Virus record (IMG/VR): IMGVR_UViG_3300046820_000975
Location: 32,001 to 96,000 of that record
From: a virus
Strand: one strand, 5' to 3'
Length of the DNA stretch: 64,000 nt
Numbering within the stretch: position 1 is the stretch's first letter; each line of letters begins with the position of its first letter. Below the pieces are notes generated by a model, which saw nothing but the letters and a program-made list of their open reading frames with translations, was not told the DNA's origin and did not search any database. The position numbers and the translations under genes were made by a program. Positions 8,395 through 15,211 of the stretch are shown here, in pieces.

Positions 8395-8870
8395 TCAATC
8401 GTTTTGATCACATGTGGCAGCAGGTGGTTTGGTACTGATGCGTGGTTTTGATATCGAGTTTTGATATCAGTGCACACGTTGAGTTAATCCATTCACTTCA
8501 CTGTTGGCTATGGTCTTACAACCAACAGTGATTTGAATTTCAAGCATTACTACAGCGCCTATCTGTAGTACAAGTTCCCAGCTGGACACTTATATCCCTT
8601 TCGGGGGACTGACCCTACACTGCTGTAAGGTGACTGTACTGTTGACTGCTCATCCTGACCAGGACTTCCTTGTAGTTTTTACATATTCACTCCCAACAGC
8701 GAGTAATATAACTCAACCTATAAAGGTTAAGAGAAGCAACAACACATCAAATGCTTATAATGTGTTATTGCTAAAAATAACTGTAACAGACACTTTCAGT
8801 CTGAAGCTCCCGCACTCTTTGTAGAGGTCTAGGGCGCATTTGCAATACCTTTACAGGATTACAGTTATGT
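8395..8870 (-). ncRNA. Candidate large structured non-coding RNA
   Basis: No minus-strand ORF of 60 aa or more behind motif copy 8881. At least 8 stems are present; the mismatches in the 14-bp (8498-8531) and 15-bp (8735-8772) stems are G-U pairs only on the minus strand. Confidence 0.55.
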
Positions 8871-8910
8871 TAGTTTATTTGGGTGTTTGGAAATGACTAG
8901 AAAAAAAGGT

Positions 8911-8936
8911 GAGCAGTTTATTCACGTGCTCAGGTG
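8911..8936 (-). ncRNA. Small H-type pseudoknot motif, copy 1
   Basis: CAC-CUGAGCA-C-GUG-AAUAAAC-UGCUC, just after the 8943 stop codon and followed by a U-tract. Confidence 0.55.
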
Positions 8937-8942
8937 TAGCAG

Positions 8943-9299
8943 TTAACATTCAGGAGATTGATTCTCCAATGCGTTGAGTTCACACTCATTTTTTAAATCT
9001 TCCATGTGACTGTACCAAGGAACATATGTTATAACATTGCGAGGAATATCAATGAATCCTGTACCTGCTACCATGTGGTGTACTCTTTGGTCATCAAGGT
9101 TAATAATGACATCTCCTACACATGTGCTTCTTTTATCAAGGAGAGCATACTCTTCTGAGAAATCATTTTGTGCTAACTTAAATGCGTCTTCCAGCGAGTT
9201 AGCTTCAAGAGAATGTATAAGGTCATACTTATATACACCGCTTTTCATCTCATGGTTTATTGCACCAGTTGATGGGTGAAAAATAAGAAATGTTTTCAT
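8943..9299 (-). CDS. Hypothetical protein with a YodL-like motif
   Basis: Start reassigned to ATG 9299 (MKTFLIFH). KRSTCVGDVI resembles the YodL RS(L/M)SVGDV motif. Confidence 0.6.
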   Translation of the reverse strand: MKTFLIFHPSTGAINHEMKSGVYKYDLIHSLEANSLEDAFKLAQNDFSEEYALLDKRSTCVGDVIINLDDQRVHHMVAGTGFIDIPRNVITYVPWYSHMEDLKNECELNALENQSPEC

Positions 9300-9338
9300 G
9301 TTACAATTGTTTTTGTTGGTTATTAAATGATTGAAAAT

Positions 9339-9365
9339 GAGCAGTTTAGTGTCATGCTCAGGACA
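9339..9365 (-). ncRNA. Small H-type pseudoknot motif, copy 2
   Basis: UGUC-CUGAGCA-U-GACA-CUAAAC-UGCUC; stem 1 covaries with copy 1. Confidence 0.55.
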
Positions 9366-9370
9366 GTTCT

Positions 9371-9493
9371 TTAGTGTATTGGACCACAAGTTTGGTGGTA
9401 TACACGCCATTGCTTACAGTTGTGCGACTCAGTAGCACAAGAAGCGAACAATACTATGCTTAAAAGCACGATGATGTAGAAAGAGAATTTCAT
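9371..9493 (-). CDS. Small lipoprotein (40 aa)
   Basis: MKFSFYIIVLLSIVLFASC signal peptide II with a lipobox; motif variant 31 nt upstream. Confidence 0.65.
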   Translation of the reverse strand: MKFSFYIIVLLSIVLFASCATESHNCKQWRVYHQTCGPIH

Positions 9494-9580
9494 GAGTGAA
9501 ATATTTATTTGGTTAGTTAATGAGGGTGTTGGGTGACCAAAGGCGTGCAATCTATACACGCCAAATGGTCAAACCAAAAA

Positions 9581-9787
9581 TTACATGTCTTGTAGTTCAT
9601 TGCCTGTTACAACAGTTAGGAACAACCACAAGAAGAAACCTATTACCCATACAGGTGCACATGTAGTGACATCCATAAAGGTAGCAGGTGTTAACACTGA
9701 AATCATTGTAGCAATTACTACAATAAAAGCGAAAGTCATAATTGCAGGTAGGAACAATCCTATTACAATCTTCATTAAGTTTTTCAT
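9581..9787 (-). CDS. Small 2-TM membrane protein
   Basis: Two hydrophobic helices; motif 28 nt upstream. Confidence 0.75.
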   Translation of the reverse strand: MKNLMKIVIGLFLPAIMTFAFIVVIATMISVLTPATFMDVTTCAPVWVIGFFLWLFLTVVTGNELQDM

Positions 9788-9828
9788 ATCGTTATTGGTT
9801 TTGTTAGTTAATGAGGGTGTTTGGTAAA

Positions 9829-9853
9829 AGAGCAGGAGTGTTAGTCCTGCTCT
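9829..9853 (-). terminator. Post-stop hairpin
   Basis: AGAGCAGGA-N7-TCCTGCTCT. Confidence 0.55.
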
Positions 9854-9859
9854 AATACA

Positions 9860-10120
9860 TTAGAACTTGTCAACAATCTTGTTAACTTTCTCTTTTCTGC
9901 TATAAAACTTGTAGTCTCTTGTAGCAATCTGTGCTACAAAGATGAACTGCACGCCAATAGTAAATGTAATCAACAACACTGCTATAACAGCAAGGCCATA
10001 CTGTGGTTCATCACCAGAGATAGCGTCAGCAAACATTTTACAAGATGGGTTCATAGTCATAAAAGCAAGAACAGCAATAGCTAGTAATCTAACTACTACA
10101 AAAAGGAAATTGTTTTTCAT
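9860..10120 (-). CDS. Small 2-TM membrane protein
   Basis: Two hydrophobic helices and a basic tail; motif 28 nt upstream. Confidence 0.75.
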   Translation of the reverse strand: MKNNFLFVVVRLLAIAVLAFMTMNPSCKMFADAISGDEPQYGLAVIAVLLITFTIGVQFIFVAQIATRDYKFYSRKEKVNKIVDKF

Positions 10121-10494
10121 AATAAAGTTGGTTTAATTAGTTAGTAAGGGTGTTTGGTACACTAATACATTGTACAAGCTCTGGCTGTGTGTAGTCTACA
10201 CATACAAGAGTGCTGTGCGGGTGGCTGCGTGCGTGGCGTGGGTGGGTGTGCTGTCCTCTGTGTGTGTTGTTGTTCTTCCTCAGAGAGATGTCAGTGTTTT
10301 ACCTAATACACAAGTGTGCTGTGGCAAAAGCATGGGGGTACCCATGGCGCTGCGTGAGGGCGGGGAGTTGTTGCATAGTAGGTACCCACACTTTCATCCT
10401 CATTGCAAATTGCACCCCTTAGTACCCATAAAAAGAAACCCCCGCACTTATTAGGTGGGGGGTCTGTCTATACTGACTAAGTATAGGGGGGATC

Positions 10495-10728
10495 TTAATT
10501 AGCGTTGGTAGCTAGGAGGATGTCTTTCTCCCTGGAGAGTTCTAGACCATAGTGGACGCTTTCGCTTGTTCCTATGGCGAGTTTATAGAGAAGGCCCCCT
10601 GCTGTTACAAGAATACCAGTAACAACAAGTATGTTTTGGTCTGGGTCTGTACGTAGGTAGACAATGTCCCCTAGTTCGTATTCGTTGTTTATGTGCATAG
10701 TGGTGAAGTTATTTGTATTCGTGTTCAA
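10495..10728 (-). CDS. Small hypothetical protein (SH3/KOW-like, YELGDIVYL)
   Basis: Downstream of phoH; the start may be the second Met. Confidence 0.6.
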   Translation of the reverse strand: MNTNTNNFTTMHINNEYELGDIVYLRTDPDQNILVVTGILVTAGGLLYKLAIGTSESVHYGLELSREKDILLATNAN

Positions 10729-11356
10729 GTATCTTACCTACCAAGTCAGAACGGTGGTTGTGTGCTAGTTTAATCCACTCAATACCATCAATCTTCTTTG
10801 ATAATTCTATAGCATAAGAGAGTCCGTTGAACTCATCTCTGATGTCTTTTTGTTCATTGTCCCCATTGATGACTATTTTACCTGTCTTACCCAATCGTGT
10901 AAGGATTGCTAGCATCTGTCCTTTTGTAAGGTTCTGTGCTTCCTCTACTATAAGGATATCTTCAATAGTCTTACCTCTGATGAACTGTACAGGTAATGCC
11001 TTTACTTTCTCAGACTTTATAATATCATCAATCTTCTCTTTTGTGTAGCATTTACCAAGGTTTTCCATGAATGCTTCTAAGTATGGATCAAACTTCTCTC
11101 CAAGACTACCTGGTAAAAACCCTAATGAGTTACCTACTTCAATGGTTGCGCGTGTTACAAACACATGGTCGCACTCCTCTTTAAATAAGAAGTCTAAAGC
11201 AGTTTGAGCTGATACAAGTGATTTTCCGCAACCAGCGCGACCAGTGATAATGACTATCTGGTTTTCCCTAATAAGTCTTTTTGCCTCCTTCTGCTCTTCA
11301 TTTAAAGTTACTTGATACTTGATTTCTTGCTTGCGGATACGTTTAGGCTCTTTCAT
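10709..11356 (-). CDS. phoH: PhoH-family ATPase
   Basis: GRAGCGKS Walker A, LGFLPG, FIRGKT, EEAQN, LTRLG, GDxxQxD and HRS motifs; start placed at MKEPKR. Confidence 0.93.
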   Translation of the reverse strand: MKEPKRIRKQEIKYQVTLNEEQKEAKRLIRENQIVIITGRAGCGKSLVSAQTALDFLFKEECDHVFVTRATIEVGNSLGFLPGSLGEKFDPYLEAFMENLGKCYTKEKIDDIIKSEKVKALPVQFIRGKTIEDILIVEEAQNLTKGQMLAILTRLGKTGKIVINGDNEQKDIRDEFNGLSYAIELSKKIDGIEWIKLAHNHRSDLVGKILEHEYK

Positions 11357-11432
11357 AATGTGGAGGTCTACACTTCTAAGATAGGGAAACATTTGAATAG
11401 TTGTATTCTTTTCAATTATTTATCTAAATAAA

Positions 11433-11464
11433 TTTGCAAAAGTTAAACTTGTGAAGTATATTTG
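11433..11464 (+). promoter_or_regulatory. Bacteroidota primary-sigma promoter (-33/-7)
   Basis: TTTG (11433) - 20 nt - TATATTTG (11457) matches TTTG-N19-21-TAnnTTTG, at the start of the plus-strand arm. Confidence 0.75.
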
Positions 11465-11503
11465 TAGTGTAACAACTTTTAAAGTTTAAAAATCAATACA
11501 ACA

Positions 11504-11767
11504 ATGTCAAACGAAAAAGACAAAAAGGAACTCCCTTCTCAAGAGCAAGTTATTTCTTGGTATAAGGAGCAAATTGAATTAGCAAAACTACGTGCTGAAT
11601 TGGCTCAGTTGCAGAAGGATGCAGCTGTTGCAGACGCTCAACGTTTACAAGCTGTGCGTGTTATTGCACAAATTCAATCAGAACAACCAGGCGCTGATGA
11701 GTCTGATGAAGATCAAGATGAAGCACCTAGTGAAGCTAAAACCGCAACCTTAACTAAAACAAAATAA
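11504..11767 (+). CDS. Hypothetical coiled-coil protein with an acidic tail
   Basis: 87 aa; first gene after the promoter. Confidence 0.75.
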   Translation: MSNEKDKKELPSQEQVISWYKEQIELAKLRAELAQLQKDAAVADAQRLQAVRVIAQIQSEQPGADESDEDQDEAPSEAKTATLTKTK

Positions 11768-11772
11768 ATCTC

Positions 11773-12063
11773 ATGAGTTTACCATTTAAAGCACTTAAAG
11801 GTCGCAGGATCCTAGTAGAAAAACCTGTACGTCCAGAATCAACGATTGAATTAACAGAAGATGTTAAACAACGTATGGAAATTGAAATGATGCGTCAATG
11901 GACAAAGCTTGAAGTTTTTGCTATTGGTGAAGACGTTGAGTCAATTGCTGTTGGAGATAAAGTATATCTTCCTTCTGGAGCTTTACAATCAGCTGAAGTA
12001 GTTGATGTTGAAGGTCAATTAAAATTGATGGTTAGCGAATTTGATGTCGCTATCATCTGGTAA
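11773..12063 (+). CDS. groES: GroES/Cpn10-like co-chaperonin
   Basis: RILVEK, VFAIGEDV..IAVGDKV and VEG.....VSEFDVAII follow the Cpn10 pattern; 96 aa. Confidence 0.75.
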   Translation: MSLPFKALKGRRILVEKPVRPESTIELTEDVKQRMEIEMMRQWTKLEVFAIGEDVESIAVGDKVYLPSGALQSAEVVDVEGQLKLMVSEFDVAIIW

Positions 12064-12069
12064 TACCAA

Positions 12070-12140
12070 AGCGGGATGGTGTAGTGGTAGCATGCAAGCC
12101 TCATAAGCTAGAGATCTAGGTTCAATTCCTAGTCCCGCAA
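12070..12140 (+). tRNA. tRNA with CAT anticodon (Met/fMet-like; Ile2 not excluded)
   Basis: Acceptor GCGGGA/TCCCGC with an A1:A72 mismatch, D-arm with TGG, anticodon loop CTCATAA, T-arm CTAGG-TTCAATT-CCTAG; no encoded CCA. Confidence 0.88.
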
Positions 12141-12214
12141 CTAAAAAACCTGCATGTTGTTTTTGGTGGAAACAACAACCAGTCTTGCGCTGGGCAGGTG
12201 AAAATAACTTAATA

Positions 12215-12622
12215 ATGAAAACCAACATGCAAGTAAATCGCATACAAAAAAAGGTAAGGTTGAACGCACATGATTTAGTTAAATACCAAATCATGACTGA
12301 AGTAGTCTTTTTTGGAAAGGAACATTTGATTCCTTCTGACATGGAGTTACTTACCTTACTTGCTTTATGGGGTCCAGTTGAACTAGTATCGTTCTGTGCA
12401 ACTGCAGCAAAGCACTTATATCCAGATATAAAACCTGAAGAGATTGCTGTACGTTCTCAGAATGTACGCAACAGAATTGTAAAGCTAGAAAAACGTGGTC
12501 TAGTAGAGAAAAGCAAGAAAGGTAAAAAGATGATTCAGCTTGCTGAAAAGATCACTCTTGCATCAAAAGGTAATGTATTGTTGGATTATAATTTCTTAGC
12601 TCTTGAAACCAGTAAAGCGTAA
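12215..12622 (+). CDS. Winged-HTH DNA-binding protein (RepL/MarR-like, in the crAss-like conserved block)
   Basis: QNVRNRIVKLEKRGLVEK wHTH signature; synteny with HU, Zn-finger and nuclease genes. Start placed at ATG 12215. Confidence 0.6.
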   Translation: MKTNMQVNRIQKKVRLNAHDLVKYQIMTEVVFFGKEHLIPSDMELLTLLALWGPVELVSFCATAAKHLYPDIKPEEIAVRSQNVRNRIVKLEKRGLVEKSKKGKKMIQLAEKITLASKGNVLLDYNFLALETSKA

Positions 12623-13001
12623 ACAGATAACTATAAAGACTGCAAATGAAATGGAACTGCCAGTAGAACTGGTGGACGATGTGGTCAAGTTCTTTTACAG
12701 TGAGTTGCATAAGTCATTGATATCCTGTGATGATATAGCAATTGAAGTACCTAAGTTGGGTACATTTGTTGTTAAGTCAAAGTCACTAGATCATTTGATA
12801 CAGCACACAGAAGCAAAGATACCTTATTTGAGAAATGTAGGAACTATGCGTGCTTATGAATCTTCATTGGAGAATGAACGTTACTTAGTTAAGTACAATG
12901 TTTTACGTGAAACATTGGATAGTGAGCGTAAACGCAAAGAAGAAATAAAACAAAAAAGGTGGAACCATGAAAATAAATCTGATACACATCTGGAAGAATA
13001 A
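12603..13001 (+). CDS. HU/IHF-like DNA-binding protein
   Basis: Helix-turn-helix N-terminus followed by IEVPKLGTFVVK; TTG start. Confidence 0.7.
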   Translation: MKPVKRKQITIKTANEMELPVELVDDVVKFFYSELHKSLISCDDIAIEVPKLGTFVVKSKSLDHLIQHTEAKIPYLRNVGTMRAYESSLENERYLVKYNVLRETLDSERKRKEEIKQKRWNHENKSDTHLEE

Positions 13002-13275
13002 AGGTAAAATTGCAGAAGGCGTTGCAAATTCTATCTTTAAAAAAGAACACATTGAAGAAATTGCAAATGAGCGATTACAAACATGCATGTCTTGTGAGCA
13101 TATAGATAAGACAGGAAGCAAGTGTGCTGTTCCTGGAACACAACCTTGTTGTGCTTTATGCGGATGTTCACTAGCTTTTAAAACACGCTCGTTATCTTCA
13201 AAGTGTGATATTGACAACTGGTCAGCAGCTGTAACTCAAGAAGAGGAAGATTTAATAAAACAAAACTTAAAATAA
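12967..13275 (+). CDS. Cys-rich Zn-finger protein
   Basis: CMSC...C......CCALCGC...C. Confidence 0.75.
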   Translation: MKINLIHIWKNKGKIAEGVANSIFKKEHIEEIANERLQTCMSCEHIDKTGSKCAVPGTQPCCALCGCSLAFKTRSLSSKCDIDNWSAAVTQEEEDLIKQNLK

Positions 13276-14120
13276 TGGCACTTGTATTTGAACCAACAAC
13301 GCACTCATATAAGTCCATTGACTCTACAGATTCAACTATTTGGACTAGCGTAACTACTTTACTTGGACATTTAAAGCAACCTTTTGACAGCAATGCTATT
13401 GCAAAAAAAAGTGCTGCAAGTAAAAAGAGTAAGTGGTATGGCATGTCACAAGAGAAAATCCAAGAAGCTTGGAAACGTGAATCTGACAGAGCATGTACGT
13501 TGGGTAACTGGTATCACGATCAACGTGAGCAGGATATTACATCTTGTGTTGTTATAAACAGACATGATGTTGAATTGCCTGTTATCAGACCAATGCATGA
13601 TGAAGCTGGTTTAAAAGTAGCGCCAAATCAAAAGTTAATAGAAGGAATCTATCCAGAACATATGGTGTACTTGCGTAGTGCAGGTATCTGTGGGCAGAGC
13701 GATCTGGTGGAAGTAGCAAATGGTTTAGTTCACATCACCGATTACAAAACCAACAAGGAGATTAAAACTGAATCATTTAAAAATTGGGAGGGTATATCAC
13801 AGAAAATGCTTCCACCAGTCTCCCACTTAGATGATTGTAACTTGAATCATTACAACTTACAATTGTCTATTTACATGTTTATGATTCTTAAACACAATCC
13901 TACTCTTAAACCTGGTGATTTAATTATTCACCATATCTTATTTGAAGAAGAAGAAGAGAAAGATGAGTTTGGGTATCCTATTAGTAAGTTAGATGAACAA
14001 GGTAGTCCAATTGTAAAAGATATTGTACAGTACAAACTACCATATCTTAAAGATGAAGTATTAAGTATACTTACTTGGTATAAAGATAACGCAGCTAAAC
14101 TGCAGAAAAAGAAAAAATAA
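13275..14120 (+). CDS. PD-(D/E)XK family nuclease
   Basis: GNWYH, ICGQSDLV, ITDYKTNK and YNLQLSIY motifs. Confidence 0.85.
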   Translation: MALVFEPTTHSYKSIDSTDSTIWTSVTTLLGHLKQPFDSNAIAKKSAASKKSKWYGMSQEKIQEAWKRESDRACTLGNWYHDQREQDITSCVVINRHDVELPVIRPMHDEAGLKVAPNQKLIEGIYPEHMVYLRSAGICGQSDLVEVANGLVHITDYKTNKEIKTESFKNWEGISQKMLPPVSHLDDCNLNHYNLQLSIYMFMILKHNPTLKPGDLIIHHILFEEEEEKDEFGYPISKLDEQGSPIVKDIVQYKLPYLKDEVLSILTWYKDNAAKLQKKKK

Positions 14121-14635
14121 TGGTTAAGCTATTTGATATACATAATGGTAAGATAGTTCCTTCAGAACATTGCTATACATTAAAAGCATTGAAAGATATC
14201 ATGGAAGTATATCCAGAAGATTACGTGAATGTGTATGCTTATTTGTTTTACATGTCCTGTCCAAATCCTGATTTAAATCCATTCTTTGATGTGCAAGAAA
14301 ATGACAAAGAAGAATTAATCCTTACACAACTTAAAGTCACATTTTCAACTGAAGATGAACATATAGTTATTGCATTAGAATTGTGCAAGAAGTTATATGA
14401 AACTCCAACATACAGAGCGTACATGGGTCTTAAGTCAATGCTTGACAGACTTGCTCGTTATATGGAAACAACACAGATTGAGCATGGACGCGATGGAAAT
14501 ATCAACTCATTAGTTAATGCAGCTGCAAAATTTGAAGCTATACGTATGAGTTTTAAAGGAGCGTACAAAGACTTGATGGAAGAACAGAAGAGTCAAGTAC
14601 GTGGAGGACAACACTTATCTTACGATCAAATGTAA
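14120..14635 (+). CDS. Conserved crAss-like hypothetical protein upstream of the terminase
   Basis: 171 aa; synteny only. Confidence 0.7.
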   Translation: MVKLFDIHNGKIVPSEHCYTLKALKDIMEVYPEDYVNVYAYLFYMSCPNPDLNPFFDVQENDKEELILTQLKVTFSTEDEHIVIALELCKKLYETPTYRAYMGLKSMLDRLARYMETTQIEHGRDGNINSLVNAAAKFEAIRMSFKGAYKDLMEEQKSQVRGGQHLSYDQM

Positions 14636-14640
14636 ATACA

Positions 14641-15012
14641 ATGAAGAAAAAAGCATTCTACGAAAAACTTGGATACATGTATGTATCAATCTCTGTTAAG
14701 TTAAACAGGTTCAATCTATTACCTAAATTAGCTGACTATCTATTAGATAGAGGCTCCTTGTATTATATACATGGTGGTAAAAAGATTATAAATGATAAAC
14801 CAGCTTTGAAAGAAGAGTGGATGTATGATTGGAGATTTCACTTCAACCCTTATACTCAAGAGTGGGTTGCTTATCATGTGGAAGATTCACGTCAATATCT
14901 TAATGGTAAAGAAACTAAGCATGTTGTTATCAGAACAAAAACGCTTGAAGCAATGCTTACAACTTTATTGATTGTTCATAACAAAGATCACAAGAACTTA
15001 TATGGTTGTTAA
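14641..15012 (+). CDS. Hypothetical protein
   Basis: 123 aa in the operon. Confidence 0.65.
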   Translation: MKKKAFYEKLGYMYVSISVKLNRFNLLPKLADYLLDRGSLYYIHGGKKIINDKPALKEEWMYDWRFHFNPYTQEWVAYHVEDSRQYLNGKETKHVVIRTKTLEAMLTTLLIVHNKDHKNLYGC

Positions 15013-15211
15013 AATTGTAAAACCAGGTGGTGAAATGTTTGATTTTGACTCCAGAAATGGAGAAATACCAAACAAGAATGAAACACTTTTATTAGATGGT
15101 GAAGTATTTGTTGTACGCAGCAGAACTTTGTTTTTAGAATCTGACCCTGTTAGCAAGAAAATAGTAACGTCTGGCGTTAGTATTTTATTAAGCTATAAAG
15201 AACTTGCATAA
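15002..15211 (+). CDS. Hypothetical protein
   Basis: ATG at 15002; its stop codon overlaps the terL start (TAATG). Confidence 0.6.
   Translation: MVVKIVKPGGEMFDFDSRNGEIPNKNETLLLDGEVFVVRSRTLFLESDPVSKKIVTSGVSILLSYKELA

Larger units (their letters stand above)
6120..10157 (-). repeat. Dispersed upstream motif CCAAACACCC (plus-strand GGGTGTTTGG), putative early promoter or cassette element
   Basis: Exact copies at 6120, 6905, 7404, 8080, 8375, 8881, 9815 and 10148; one-mismatch copies at 9524 and 6281. Eight copies lie 24-37 nt upstream of a minus-strand ATG. Confidence 0.85.

Noticed and set aside
8640-8680. Resemblance to SRP RNA (UCAGG...AGCAG) or RNase P (GGAAGUCC)
   Set aside because: The SRP GNRA-capped helix and the RNase P P4 partner strand were not found; the matches are too short.
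8630-8824. Plus-strand 64-aa ORF
   Set aside because: GTG start, antisense to the local transcription direction, and it overlaps minus-strand RNA stems.
6120-10157. CRISPR array or integron attC interpretation of the repeats
   Set aside because: The repeat is only 10 bp, its spacing is gene-sized and irregular, there are no attC R/L boxes, and no cas or integrase gene is in the window.
10170-10454. Plus-strand ORFs 10170-10454 and 10210-10422
   Set aside because: Non-ATG starts and V/C/W-rich translations produced by the GT-rich tract; no leader or promoter.
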